A stretch of DNA of 64,000 nucleotides. It comes from Candidatus Omnitrophota bacterium (GTDB taxonomy: Bacteria; Omnitrophota; Gorgyraeia; Gorgyraeales; Gorgyraeaceae). This document shows positions 49,604 to 58,847 of this stretch, one piece after another; position 1 is the stretch's first letter; the number at the start of each line of letters is the position of its first letter. Under the pieces are notes generated by a model. It made no database searches, was not told where the DNA came from, and was given only the letters and a program-made list of their open reading frames with translations. The stretch covers positions 592 to 64,591 of the forward strand of contig JAUSEX010000030.1 of assembly GCA_030649895.1 (NCBI GenBank), written 5' to 3'. The translations under genes and the position numbers were made by a program.

Positions 49604-51298
49604 TTGGTCAAAAAATAAAATACTCCCTACATCGCGAAGCATCCCATCGCATAATTCCACTGCTTTCTTGTCTCTCTTTTTTATAAAATCTCTTATCGCG
49701 TAGCCGTCAGGATGACTTTTTAACACTCCTGTAAAAAATACTTTATCTTTATGGACTCCTGATGCGCCGCCTATAAAACCAGTATCGTAGCCGGGTAATT
49801 TTATATGCCCGGGGGTTACAAGCAGGCTGTTTTTACCCCAGACATCATTTATAGACTTATCGGATGTAATAATACTCTCTCCATCCACAGGCGCAATGGA
49901 ACATTTCGCGTATCCCTGTTTTACTTTTATAAATTTCGCGCTTAGCCTTTCTATATGCTTTTCGATTTTCCCGTCATAGCGGATTATGGATTTTCCAAGG
50001 CTGCATGCGTCGTAAATAATATCCGCGGGATAGGCGGAAGATTTGATGTATTCACCTTTAATGCATTCATAGCCGTTATCTTTTAAAAGCCCTGCTATTT
50101 TTTCCAAATGCGGCTCGTAAATAATTTTTTTACCGTAAGAAAATAACATCATATCAGGATGGCCCCTTACAGGCTTTGCTAATTTTGGATGCATAGGGGC
50201 TTCTGTTATATAATATCCCATCTTCTTTAATCTTATTTTCGCCTTACTGGGCATCCTTGGATCAATAATGGCAATGGATTTTCTTATGTCTTTAACCCTT
50301 ACCATTGTCCACCTACGGGGTGAGCCAGATGGCTCACCCCGTAGGTGGACAGGTGCTCCATAATATTTTTCTAAATATTTTTTTTCTAATCCCCTGTGCC
50401 CGGATATTAGATTAAACATATTTTTAGGCGCGCGTATTTCTATTATTTTGCGATTAGGTATTTTTTTAGCGCCCAAAATATCTCTTATCCTATTGCGCAT
50501 CTGTCTTGCGCGCGCCATCTCTCCAAAGCTCGCATGATATGGCCCCGCGAGGATTATTTTCTTTGAGTTCAAGCACTCTGAAGGATGGAGACCTATGCGT
50601 ATTACTTTCACAGCCCCTTTTTCAAAAATATCTGAAACGCAGGCAGACCACTCTATCGCATCCTCCAACGATAATGGCTTGTACCTGCCTTTTTTAAATA
50701 AATCTCCAAGCCCTGTGCCTTTTAAAACAATAGCAGGATAAATGCGGGCTGTCTTCGGCTCTAATTCTATAAGCTTTTCAGCTGTTCTTATTGATTTTTC
50801 AAGCGTATCCCCTGGCAACCCAAGCATCACCTGGACTCCCAGGTCAAGGCCTGATTTTTTTATAATGCGGGAGGCATTTCTGATTATTTTAAAATCCATC
50901 GCTCTCCTGGATTTTTTTAAAACTTCCGCATCAAGCGATTGCACCCCCAGCTCTACCAGGCAACCCCCCATTTTTTTAAACAACTTCATTGATTTTTCGG
51001 AAATGGCTTCAGGATGAGTAGACATCCTCAATCCTTGTATTTTTTTGCTTTTTACGTAAGGGTAAACCGCTTCGAGATATCTCTGCTGAAGAGATTCAGG
51101 CATAAGCGTAAACGTGCCGCCAAAAAAGGCAAGCTCTGTTCTTTCGTTACGGGAAATAGTGCCAAGATTTCTTTCTATAGAGGACTTTATTTCTTCTGTG
51201 GAAGGCAATTTATCCGCGCCTGATATTTTATGCTGATCACAGTAAATGCACCTGTATGAACAGCCGGCGTGTGGAATAAATATGGGTATGATTTTCAC
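49589..51298 (-). CDS. Elp3-like radical SAM protein fused to a C-terminal DUF6873-like domain
   Basis: IPIFIPH.GC...C.YC.Q, AFFGGTFT, ELGVQS, RIYP, GPYH..FG; C-terminal HPDM, YP.D..Y, QGYAKC, IITSD, GFIGGASG. Confidence 0.8.
   Translation of the reverse strand: MKIIPIFIPHAGCSYRCIYCDQHKISGADKLPSTEEIKSSIERNLGTISRNERTELAFFGGTFTLMPESLQQRYLEAVYPYVKSKKIQGLRMSTHPEAISEKSMKLFKKMGGCLVELGVQSLDAEVLKKSRRAMDFKIIRNASRIIKKSGLDLGVQVMLGLPGDTLEKSIRTAEKLIELEPKTARIYPAIVLKGTGLGDLFKKGRYKPLSLEDAIEWSACVSDIFEKGAVKVIRIGLHPSECLNSKKIILAGPYHASFGEMARARQMRNRIRDILGAKKIPNRKIIEIRAPKNMFNLISGHRGLEKKYLEKYYGAPVHLRGEPSGSPRRWTMVRVKDIRKSIAIIDPRMPSKAKIRLKKMGYYITEAPMHPKLAKPVRGHPDMMLFSYGKKIIYEPHLEKIAGLLKDNGYECIKGEYIKSSAYPADIIYDACSLGKSIIRYDGKIEKHIERLSAKFIKVKQGYAKCSIAPVDGESIITSDKSINDVWGKNSLLVTPGHIKLPGYDTGFIGGASGVHKDKVFFTGVLKSHPDGYAIRDFIKKRDKKAVELCDGMLRDVGSILFFDQYPTP
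50306..50351. repeat. Perfect palindrome within CDS
   Basis: tgtccacctacggggtgagcc-agat-ggctcaccccgtaggtggaca; translated as VHLRGEPSGSPRRWT. Confidence 0.9.
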
Positions 51299-51553
51299 TT
51301 ATTGCTTATGGAATAGGACCGTAAAAACCATTACAAGCGTAAAAAAGAAAAAATTTATATAGGTAAACGTCTTATAGACTACATCAGGGCTTTGTATGCC
51401 GGCTGGAAACATCGCCAGGAAGCAAAACCATACGCCCAGCGCCCATGGAATACTGAGGTCCTTGGATGAGCGGCGTTTTATAATCCTCACTATAAGAGGG
51501 ATATTCCAGAGAGGCAACATAATACTTGCTATGAGAGCTATTTTTTGTATCAT
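51299..51553 (-). CDS. PQ-loop/SemiSWEET-like small transporter
   Basis: LP..NIP.I.RII.R.SS.DLS; 3 TM; likely start MIQKI. Confidence 0.7.
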   Translation of the reverse strand: MIQKIALIASIMLPLWNIPLIVRIIKRRSSKDLSIPWALGVWFCFLAMFPAGIQSPDVVYKTFTYINFFFFTLVMVFTVLFHKQ

Positions 51554-51634
51554 TTCAAAAGATAACTTCTTAACTCCCCGCCAGAGAACTATTGGCGGGT
51601 CGTTCGAAAAATATTGTTCGAGCAAAGTCGAGAA

Positions 51635-52606
51635 TTATGCCTTGCCTGCGGAGCCCAGGACATGCTCGTTTTTGTGTTTATACATTTTTACAAGTTCATC
51701 CCTCGCAGGGCCCAAGTATTTACGCGGGTCAAATTCTTTGGGATTTAAGGCAAATACCTCTCTTATCTTGGCTGTCATTGCCAAGCGGCCGTCTGAATCA
51801 ATATTTATTTTACAGACAGCGGATGTGGTGGCTTTTCTCAACTGTTCTTCGGGAACTCCAGCTGTATTTTCAAGCTTTCCGCCGTATTTATTTATAAGGT
51901 CTACGTATTCTTTTGTGACGGAACTCGCGCCGTGCAGGACTATCGGAAAACTAGGTATTCTTTTCTCAACCTCTTCCAATATATCAAATCTCAGAGGCGG
52001 AACGCTTTCTCCTGGTTTTAATTTAAATTTATACGCGCCGTGGGAAGTGCCTATGGAGATCGCAAGGCTGTCAACGCCTGTTTTCTTTACAAAGTCCTCC
52101 ACCTCTTCGGGATGAGTGTAATGGCTGGCTTCATGGCTGACTTCGTCTTCTATCCCCGCCAATACTCCGAGCTCGCCTTCCACTGTAACGTCGTATCTAT
52201 GCGCATATTCAACTACTTTTTTAGTAAGGACCACATTGTCTTCGTACGTATGCGCTGAGCCGTCTATCATGACAGAAGAAAATCCTGACTCTATGCAAGA
52301 AACGCAGAGTTCGTAAGTATCTCCGTGGTCCAGGTGAAGCGCCACAGGGATGTTGGAGCCGGCTGATTTTATTATTTCCATAGAGCCCATTGCCATGTGC
52401 CTCAGCAAGATCTGGTTTGCGTATTTCCTGGCGCCTGAAGAAACTTGTAGAATAACAGGAGACTTCGTCTCTATGCAGGCGGTGACTATTGCCTGGAGCT
52501 GCTCCATGTTATTAAAATTATAGGCTGGAATAGCGTATTTGCCAGCCATTGCCTTTTTAAACATATCCCTTGTGTTAACCAGCCCTAAATCTTTGTAAGA
52601 ATGCAT
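51635..52606 (-). CDS. fba: Class II fructose-1,6-bisphosphate aldolase
   Basis: PAYNFNN.E, LHLDHG, SVMIDGS, EGELG, GTSHGAYK, VLHGAS, KINID. Confidence 0.95.
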   Translation of the reverse strand: MHSYKDLGLVNTRDMFKKAMAGKYAIPAYNFNNMEQLQAIVTACIETKSPVILQVSSGARKYANQILLRHMAMGSMEIIKSAGSNIPVALHLDHGDTYELCVSCIESGFSSVMIDGSAHTYEDNVVLTKKVVEYAHRYDVTVEGELGVLAGIEDEVSHEASHYTHPEEVEDFVKKTGVDSLAISIGTSHGAYKFKLKPGESVPPLRFDILEEVEKRIPSFPIVLHGASSVTKEYVDLINKYGGKLENTAGVPEEQLRKATTSAVCKINIDSDGRLAMTAKIREVFALNPKEFDPRKYLGPARDELVKMYKHKNEHVLGSAGKA

Positions 52607-52611
52607 AAAAT

Positions 52612-52701
52612 CCTCCCAAAAAAATTTTGTGGAACAAAATTTGATCCCGAGCAAGCCTAATAATGCGACAGATAGAAGTATTACAGACGAAACAAAGGAC
52701 C
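52612..52701 (-). promoter_or_regulatory. Structured 5'-UTR/SD element, copy E
   Basis: GGTCCTTT..GGGATC-AAATTTTG-TTCCA-CAAAATTT..GGGAGG-5 nt-ATG; promoter TTGACC-17-TATAAT at 52717-52745. Confidence 0.75.
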
Positions 52702-52730
52702 TTTTTGATTTCGTTTATTATACCACCATA

Positions 52731-53702
52731 CTAAACATTGGTCAATTTTCTAAAAGACCGGATAATCTCCAGCATTTCTTCTTTTGTCCTGGCGCGGAAA
52801 GCCTTTTCCCTGAAAGGCCTGACACTTGGCACTCCCTTTGTGTACCACGCGAAAAATTTATGAAACCTTCTTACGCCATGAGCTTCGTCATAGAAATCAA
52901 TATAAGAATTCATATGCTCTATCATGATATCAGCTATCTCGTCAATGCCTGGTTTTTTTATTATCTTTTTATTTTTTAGGAACGCCTTTATCTGCTCGAA
53001 GATCCAGGGATTCCCAAGCGCGCCGCGCGCCACCAGAAGGCCATCGCATCCTGTTTCATCCAGCATTCTTTTAGCCAACTCCGGACTAAACACATCCCCG
53101 CTTCCGATAACGGGTATGCTCAGGGCCTTTTTTACATCCTTTATGGCGCCGTAATCCACTTCTCCGCTGTAACCTTGCTCCCTGTTCCTTCCGTGGATAA
53201 ATAAAGCGCTTACGCCTGCGTCCTGGCTCGCAAGAGCCGCATCTTTTGCGTTTATAGAAGAGCTGTCCCAGCCTGTGCGTATTTTTACAGTAACAGGCTT
53301 GGTAGAATTTTTGACAATAAGTTTTAAAAGCTTATTCAGCTTCTCGGGGTCTTTTAATAATGCAGCGCCTTCGCCGCGCCTTGCAACTTTTTTCACAGGA
53401 CAAGCTGCGTTAAAATCCAGGATATCGTATTCGTAAGAGCCAAGCACGTTCAACGCCCTGGATATAAATTCTTCTTCGCAGCCTATAATCTGTATGCCTA
53501 GAGGCCTGTCCTCAGCGCTCGTAGAAAGCATTTTCTTGGTCTTTTTCATTTTATAGCTTAAGGATCTGACATTTATCATTTCTATAAAGCCAAGCTCGCA
53601 TCCGAACCTGCGGGTTAAAAGCCTGAAAGGCAAATCGCTTACCCCGGCCATAGGCGCAAGTATGAGATTTGATCTTAATTTTAACTTCCCGATTTTAAAC
53701 AT
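52731..53702 (-). CDS. dusB: tRNA dihydrouridine synthase B
   Basis: LAPMAG, N..CPV.KV, G.GAALL, PVTVK.R.GW, HGR, ARG.LGNPW.F. Confidence 0.92.
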   Translation of the reverse strand: MFKIGKLKLRSNLILAPMAGVSDLPFRLLTRRFGCELGFIEMINVRSLSYKMKKTKKMLSTSAEDRPLGIQIIGCEEEFISRALNVLGSYEYDILDFNAACPVKKVARRGEGAALLKDPEKLNKLLKLIVKNSTKPVTVKIRTGWDSSSINAKDAALASQDAGVSALFIHGRNREQGYSGEVDYGAIKDVKKALSIPVIGSGDVFSPELAKRMLDETGCDGLLVARGALGNPWIFEQIKAFLKNKKIIKKPGIDEIADIMIEHMNSYIDFYDEAHGVRRFHKFFAWYTKGVPSVRPFREKAFRARTKEEMLEIIRSFRKLTNV

Positions 53703-53765
53703 ATCTCTTATTTTACCTCATACCATTGATTTTTTGTAAATTATATGCTATATTATGATTCTTAT

Positions 53766-54806
53766 ATGAAAACTAAAAAGCCGCCAAGAAAAAATAAAAA
53801 AAGCCACAAGTCGTACAGGGATCTGAAATCCACGCTTTCTCTTGAAAGAGAACTCCTTCAGAACCTTTTAGACAATATCCCTGACGCCATATACTTTAAA
53901 GATGCCGACAATAGGATCATCCGGGTAAACAAATTTTACGCTGAAGGCTTTAATCTGTCCCCTGAAGACATCGTAGGCAAGACTGATTTCGACTTCTTCC
54001 CCAAAGACCAGGCGCAGAGGATGTTCGAGGACGACATATATGTGCTTAAGACCGGCAGGCCTATTATAGGTAAAATCGAGCGCACGCTGTTGCCTAACGG
54101 CACGCATAACTGCGTCACCACCACAAAGATCCCGATAAAAAATAAAGAAGGCAAAGTCATCGGCACCCTGGGGGTAACAAGGGATATAACAGCTTATGAC
54201 AACACCGAGCGCACAAACCTTGACATGATAATAAACTCCCTCAAGGTCCTGGATAAAATACTTGAGACCAAAGACCCGTATACATTCGGCCACACAAGGC
54301 GCGTCTCTCTTATTGCCGAAAGAATAGCCAAAGAGCTCGGATGGGAAGAAAGCAGGATCCTGGAATTAAAGATGTCCGCGGAACTGCACGATATAGGTAA
54401 AATTCTGATACCTCTTGAGATACTCAATAAGCCCGGAAAGCTATCAGACCTGGAATATAAAATGGTGCAGGAACATGTACAGCAAAGCTATGACATGCTT
54501 ATACCTTACTCATTCCCTTCGCAGCTGCCCGAGGCGATATACCAGCATCACGAGAGGCTGGACGGGAAAGGCTATCCCAGAGGCCTGGCAGCTGATAAAA
54601 TTTTACCGGAAGCGAAAATACTGGCTATATGCGACGTCCTGGAAGCCATGATATCGCACAGGCCTTACAGACAGGCATTGGGCATGGACGTAACGCTGCA
54701 TGAGTTAAGAGACAACGCGGGCAATAAATACGACAAGGAAGTCGTAGACGTCGTTTTAAGAATAATCGGCGAAAATAACAACAAGCCTTTTTGGTCAAAT
54801 TCATAA
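53766..54806 (+). CDS. PAS + HD-GYP cyclic-dinucleotide phosphodiesterase
   Basis: PAS (IPD.IYFKD, GKTDFDFF); KDPYT.GH..RV, LHDIGK, HHERLDG.GYP, RPYR. Confidence 0.9.
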   Translation: MKTKKPPRKNKKSHKSYRDLKSTLSLERELLQNLLDNIPDAIYFKDADNRIIRVNKFYAEGFNLSPEDIVGKTDFDFFPKDQAQRMFEDDIYVLKTGRPIIGKIERTLLPNGTHNCVTTTKIPIKNKEGKVIGTLGVTRDITAYDNTERTNLDMIINSLKVLDKILETKDPYTFGHTRRVSLIAERIAKELGWEESRILELKMSAELHDIGKILIPLEILNKPGKLSDLEYKMVQEHVQQSYDMLIPYSFPSQLPEAIYQHHERLDGKGYPRGLAADKILPEAKILAICDVLEAMISHRPYRQALGMDVTLHELRDNAGNKYDKEVVDVVLRIIGENNNKPFWSNS

Positions 54807-56143
54807 CATCCTCTGCATCTCCATATAAAAAGATATTACTTATAATGTCGCCCCCCTTCTGGCCGAAGATGCCGCCTATAGGCATAGGTTGTCTACAGGC
54901 ATTCCTGACGGATAATGACATCGGCTGCGATATATTGGATATAAATAATATATTTTATAATCTTAGTGCCGGCGAACTTAAAAAATCGTGGCTAGTGAGC
55001 TGCAATACATTTCTGGAAGAAAACATTTTCGAGCTGATGCAGAAAAACCATCCTGAAAAATTCAAATCTCTTGTGGATAAAATGCTGGCGTATGAAGTAA
55101 TAGGGTTCTCTTGTTTCAAAAGCAATATTCACAGCACGCTAAAATTTGCAAAACTCCTCAAATCCAGGAATAAAGATATAAAAATAATATTCGGCGGGCC
55201 TGAGATGACAAGAGAATATTTCAAAAAATCCCGTAAGATTAAAGACGCGGCTGACTTTACAGTGGTCGGTGAAGGCGAGAAAGGGCTTCTGAGCTATATT
55301 AAAAACCCTTCTGCGAAAAATAGAATAACGTTATTTTCAGAAATGACTAACTTGGATAAAACAGCCTTCCCCGTCTATAAAGGCCTTGATATGGCTTCGT
55401 ATCCGCGTAAAAACAGCGCCTCCATGCTGTTTTCAAGGGGATGCGTGAGAAAATGCAGGTTTTGCTCTGAAAGGCTTCTTTATAAAAAATTCAGGGTAAG
55501 GCGCGTTAAAAACGTGATCGAAGAAATCCGATATCATAAATCAAAAAATAAAATAGAGTGCTTCGTATTCCACGACTCTCTTGTAAACGGCGATCTCAAA
55601 AAACTCGAAGAGCTCTGCGCCAAGATAATCAAAAACTTCCGGTCTGTCAACTGGGAAGCGCAGATTGCAGTGCGTAACGACATGAACCAGGCGCTATTGG
55701 AAAAAATGAAAAAAAGCGGGTGCTATAACCTGTTCGTAGGCCTGGAATCAGGTTCCAGCAGGACATTAAAAAATATGAATAAAGGTTTTACGCCGGAAGA
55801 TGCTGTGAGGTTTTTTAAAAAATTAAATAAGGCTGGTTTATTTTTCGGGGTAAGCGTTATAATAGGCTACCCAGGGGAAACAGAGGCGGAATTCGGGGAA
55901 AGCCTGGACTTTATTATAAAAAATAAACCTCTTATACCGAAAATCGAACAGGTAAACCCGTTCACTTATTACGATGGCATAAGCGCTGGAAAAATCGCTG
56001 AGAAAAATGCCTTAAAAAGGCTGGATATTTTTATAAAGGAAATAAAAGCGCATGGCTTCAAATACACCAACGCCTTTTTGGGTAATCTTATAGAAAAAAA
56101 CCTTCCCGCTCCAACCTTCCTGCTCGGAAAACAGGACGGTTAG
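54791..56143 (+). CDS. B12-binding-type radical SAM protein
   Basis: PP.G...L.A.L, IGFS, IIFGGP, GEGE, SRGCVRKCRFC, G.ESGS, IIGYPGET. Confidence 0.85.
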   Translation: MVKFITSSASPYKKILLIMSPPFWPKMPPIGIGCLQAFLTDNDIGCDILDINNIFYNLSAGELKKSWLVSCNTFLEENIFELMQKNHPEKFKSLVDKMLAYEVIGFSCFKSNIHSTLKFAKLLKSRNKDIKIIFGGPEMTREYFKKSRKIKDAADFTVVGEGEKGLLSYIKNPSAKNRITLFSEMTNLDKTAFPVYKGLDMASYPRKNSASMLFSRGCVRKCRFCSERLLYKKFRVRRVKNVIEEIRYHKSKNKIECFVFHDSLVNGDLKKLEELCAKIIKNFRSVNWEAQIAVRNDMNQALLEKMKKSGCYNLFVGLESGSSRTLKNMNKGFTPEDAVRFFKKLNKAGLFFGVSVIIGYPGETEAEFGESLDFIIKNKPLIPKIEQVNPFTYYDGISAGKIAEKNALKRLDIFIKEIKAHGFKYTNAFLGNLIEKNLPAPTFLLGKQDG

Positions 56144-56154
56144 AACAGCTAAAT

Positions 56155-56997
56155 ATGATCGAATACAAAGAAGTTAAAATCTCCAGGATACTTAATCCTA
56201 CAGGTATTGACCTCGGCGAATACGTTATAAATCCCTTCATGGGATGCGAATATTCCTGCCTTTACTGCTACGTAAGGTCTAACAAGGTCATAGCTAAGCG
56301 CGAAGGCGAATGGGGTAAATATGTGGATATAAGAATAAACGCTCCGGATTTATTGGAAAAAGAGCTGCTGGCGAAAAAACCGAAATGCGTGCTTTTAGGC
56401 TCCACCACAGACTGTTTCCAGCCGATCGAAACAAAATATATGGTTACAAAAAAGATCCTGGAGATTCTGAATAAACATAAAGTATATTACCATATACTTA
56501 CAAGGTCCCCTGCTGTTGCGGAATACGCGGATTTACTGAAACAGGGCTTTTGTAAAAAAATCTACTTTACGATAAATAACATTACGCCTGAGCTTAAAAA
56601 TAAACTTGAGCCAAAAAGTCCGGGGTTCGAGCCAAGGATCAAAGCCATTAACAAAATGCTGAATGAAGATATATCCGTAATCCCTTATTTCTCGCCCATC
56701 CTGCCCTGGATATCTGACTTCAAAGACATCTTCAGCCGCTTTCCAAAATCAAATTCAGTGGAATTTGAAGGTTTAAACATGAATCTCGTCAATATAAACG
56801 ATATAATATCCGGGGTATCCTCTATCTATCCCGCCCTAAGGCCGGGATACGAGGAACTGCTCAAAGACAGGACCTTTTACGATTCCTTCTGGGCTAGTAT
56901 AAAAAAAGATATAATTAGAGAAGCAATAAAGGCAAAAAAGAATTATAATATATACATTCACAACTTCCGCGGTTACTTCACCAACAAATACAACTAG
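56155..56997 (+). CDS. Radical SAM protein (SplB/Rv2578c-related)
   Basis: INPF.GCEYSCLYCY, N....L.KEL, S.TD.FQP.E, LTRS, LEP, P.LP.I.D. Confidence 0.85.
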   Translation: MIEYKEVKISRILNPTGIDLGEYVINPFMGCEYSCLYCYVRSNKVIAKREGEWGKYVDIRINAPDLLEKELLAKKPKCVLLGSTTDCFQPIETKYMVTKKILEILNKHKVYYHILTRSPAVAEYADLLKQGFCKKIYFTINNITPELKNKLEPKSPGFEPRIKAINKMLNEDISVIPYFSPILPWISDFKDIFSRFPKSNSVEFEGLNMNLVNINDIISGVSSIYPALRPGYEELLKDRTFYDSFWASIKKDIIREAIKAKKNYNIYIHNFRGYFTNKYN

Positions 56998-57051
56998 AAA
57001 ATCAACAATGTTGTTTCTCTGGTTGTTTGAGGAATAATAAAGAGAAAAGCC

Positions 57052-58155
57052 ATGAAAAGCGAAGTATTTTTTATAGAGGTTAAGCCCTCCGATCCGGAAG
57101 CAAGGCGCAACGCGCTTCAGAAATTGCTCGAAAGGGTAAATCCATTCAGCGATTACAAAAAGGACGAGTTTATTCCTCTGAAACTAACCATCGGAGACAG
57201 TCAATGTGTTTATAACGTGCACCCGGAGCTGGTAAAGATAATAGTATCCGAAATAAAAAAATTTAAGGCAAAGCCTTTTTTATTCGACACAAACGTTATA
57301 TATAAAGGAGAGCGGCTGAATGCAATAGACCATTTGGCCCTGGCGCAGAGCAAGGGATTCGGCTACACAAAAGTAGGCGCGCCTTTTATAATAGCTGACG
57401 GGGCCTTTGGCCAGGACGGGAAAGAGCACGCGATAGATTCTGATTATATTAAAAAAATAAAAATCCCTTCTTTTATAGGCTCCCTAGACAGCCTTGTGGT
57501 GTTATCGCACGCTACAGGCCATATTTTATCAGGTTACGCCGGCGCCATAAAAAATATCGCGATGGGCATGGTTTCAAAGCCTTCTAAGCAAGTCCAGCAT
57601 TCATCCTTGAAGCCTCACGTGATTGAAAAAAAATGCACCAGCTGCGGGTGCTGTATAAAGATATGCCCTGCCCAAGCCATATCTAGTGACACTTTACGTT
57701 CGCCGAATAAAGCTCCGTTCGACAAACATAAAGCGTCACATGCAGTTATTGACCAGACAAAGTGCATCGGGTGCGGGGAATGCCTATCGGCGTGCAAATT
57801 CGACGCTGTATTCATAAACTGGTCTGAAGACCACGATGTATTCGCAAAGCGCCTGATAGATACGGCGCATTTCATCCTTTCAAAGTTTAAAAATAAACTT
57901 TTTATAACATTCGGCTTTGACATCACGAAGGAATGCGACTGCATATCAACTAAAAATGAGCTGATATTTTCTGAAAATATAGGTATCCTCGCGTCTCATG
58001 ATCCCCTAGCCATAGATAAGGCAATGGTCGATCTTGTAAATAGCGATAAGGATCTATTCAAAGAAACGGGCCTGCTGGACACGCATAAGACAATATTTGA
58101 ATACGGGCGGAAAAAAGGACTTGGCAATACTGACTATATCCTTGTAAAAATATGA
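57052..58155 (+). CDS. DUF362 protein with 2x[4Fe-4S] domain
   Basis: D.N..Y.G.R, IIADG, LSH..GH...G..GAIKN..MG, two CxxCxxCxxxC, CDC, D..A.D.A. Confidence 0.85.
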   Translation: MKSEVFFIEVKPSDPEARRNALQKLLERVNPFSDYKKDEFIPLKLTIGDSQCVYNVHPELVKIIVSEIKKFKAKPFLFDTNVIYKGERLNAIDHLALAQSKGFGYTKVGAPFIIADGAFGQDGKEHAIDSDYIKKIKIPSFIGSLDSLVVLSHATGHILSGYAGAIKNIAMGMVSKPSKQVQHSSLKPHVIEKKCTSCGCCIKICPAQAISSDTLRSPNKAPFDKHKASHAVIDQTKCIGCGECLSACKFDAVFINWSEDHDVFAKRLIDTAHFILSKFKNKLFITFGFDITKECDCISTKNELIFSENIGILASHDPLAIDKAMVDLVNSDKDLFKETGLLDTHKTIFEYGRKKGLGNTDYILVKI

Positions 58156-58847
58156 CAAAATTCGAAACGTTGTTCGGCATAAAAGAATCCGAGGTGAAAA
58201 ATACATGCGTGCTGATGCCTCTGATACCTAAAGGTTCGTTGGAATGCCTCGGCGTAAAAAAATTTTCCAAAGGCAGGGTGTATTCTTCTGGCAATTCATC
58301 CTCTTTTACTCTGATAAATACGCTCATGGGCGCAGCGTTCACAGGAGACGCGGCGCTCTATCTCAGCCAGACAAATTGTAAAAACCTCATCCTTTTCGGC
58401 TCATGCGGCCTCGTAAAACCATGCGAAAACCTTGATATAGGAAGCCTTGTGGCGCCTATTGAATGCTATTCCATGGAAAGCTTCTCGGACCTGTTATTAC
58501 AAGACCATAAATTTAAGACATTTTATCCGGACGACGGCCTGTTAAGATCATTTTTAAAAACTAACACATCGGTCCTGGAAGTAAACTGCGCGACCCTGGG
58601 CTCTTTAAAGCTGGAAGAAGACTACCTGAGCTTGTTTTCAGAAAAAAATATCCAGGTGGTGGATATGGAATGTTCGGGTTTCTTCTCGGCAGCCACCCAG
58701 AAAAATCTTAAGGCCATGGCGATCTTCTACATCTCTGACATAATAAACGAAAAACCTTTTTACAGCCCTCTCATCGATGAAGACCGGGTAAGGCTATCGT
58801 CTTCTATTAAAGAAGGCATATATTCCATATGCAACTTCATAAAATAG
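58152..58847 (+). CDS. Nucleoside phosphorylase-fold protein (PNP/UDP family)
   Basis: G.....D, LFGSCG, VDME.S.F, ISD. Confidence 0.7.
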   Translation: MTKFETLFGIKESEVKNTCVLMPLIPKGSLECLGVKKFSKGRVYSSGNSSSFTLINTLMGAAFTGDAALYLSQTNCKNLILFGSCGLVKPCENLDIGSLVAPIECYSMESFSDLLLQDHKFKTFYPDDGLLRSFLKTNTSVLEVNCATLGSLKLEEDYLSLFSEKNIQVVDMECSGFFSAATQKNLKAMAIFYISDIINEKPFYSPLIDEDRVRLSSSIKEGIYSICNFIK

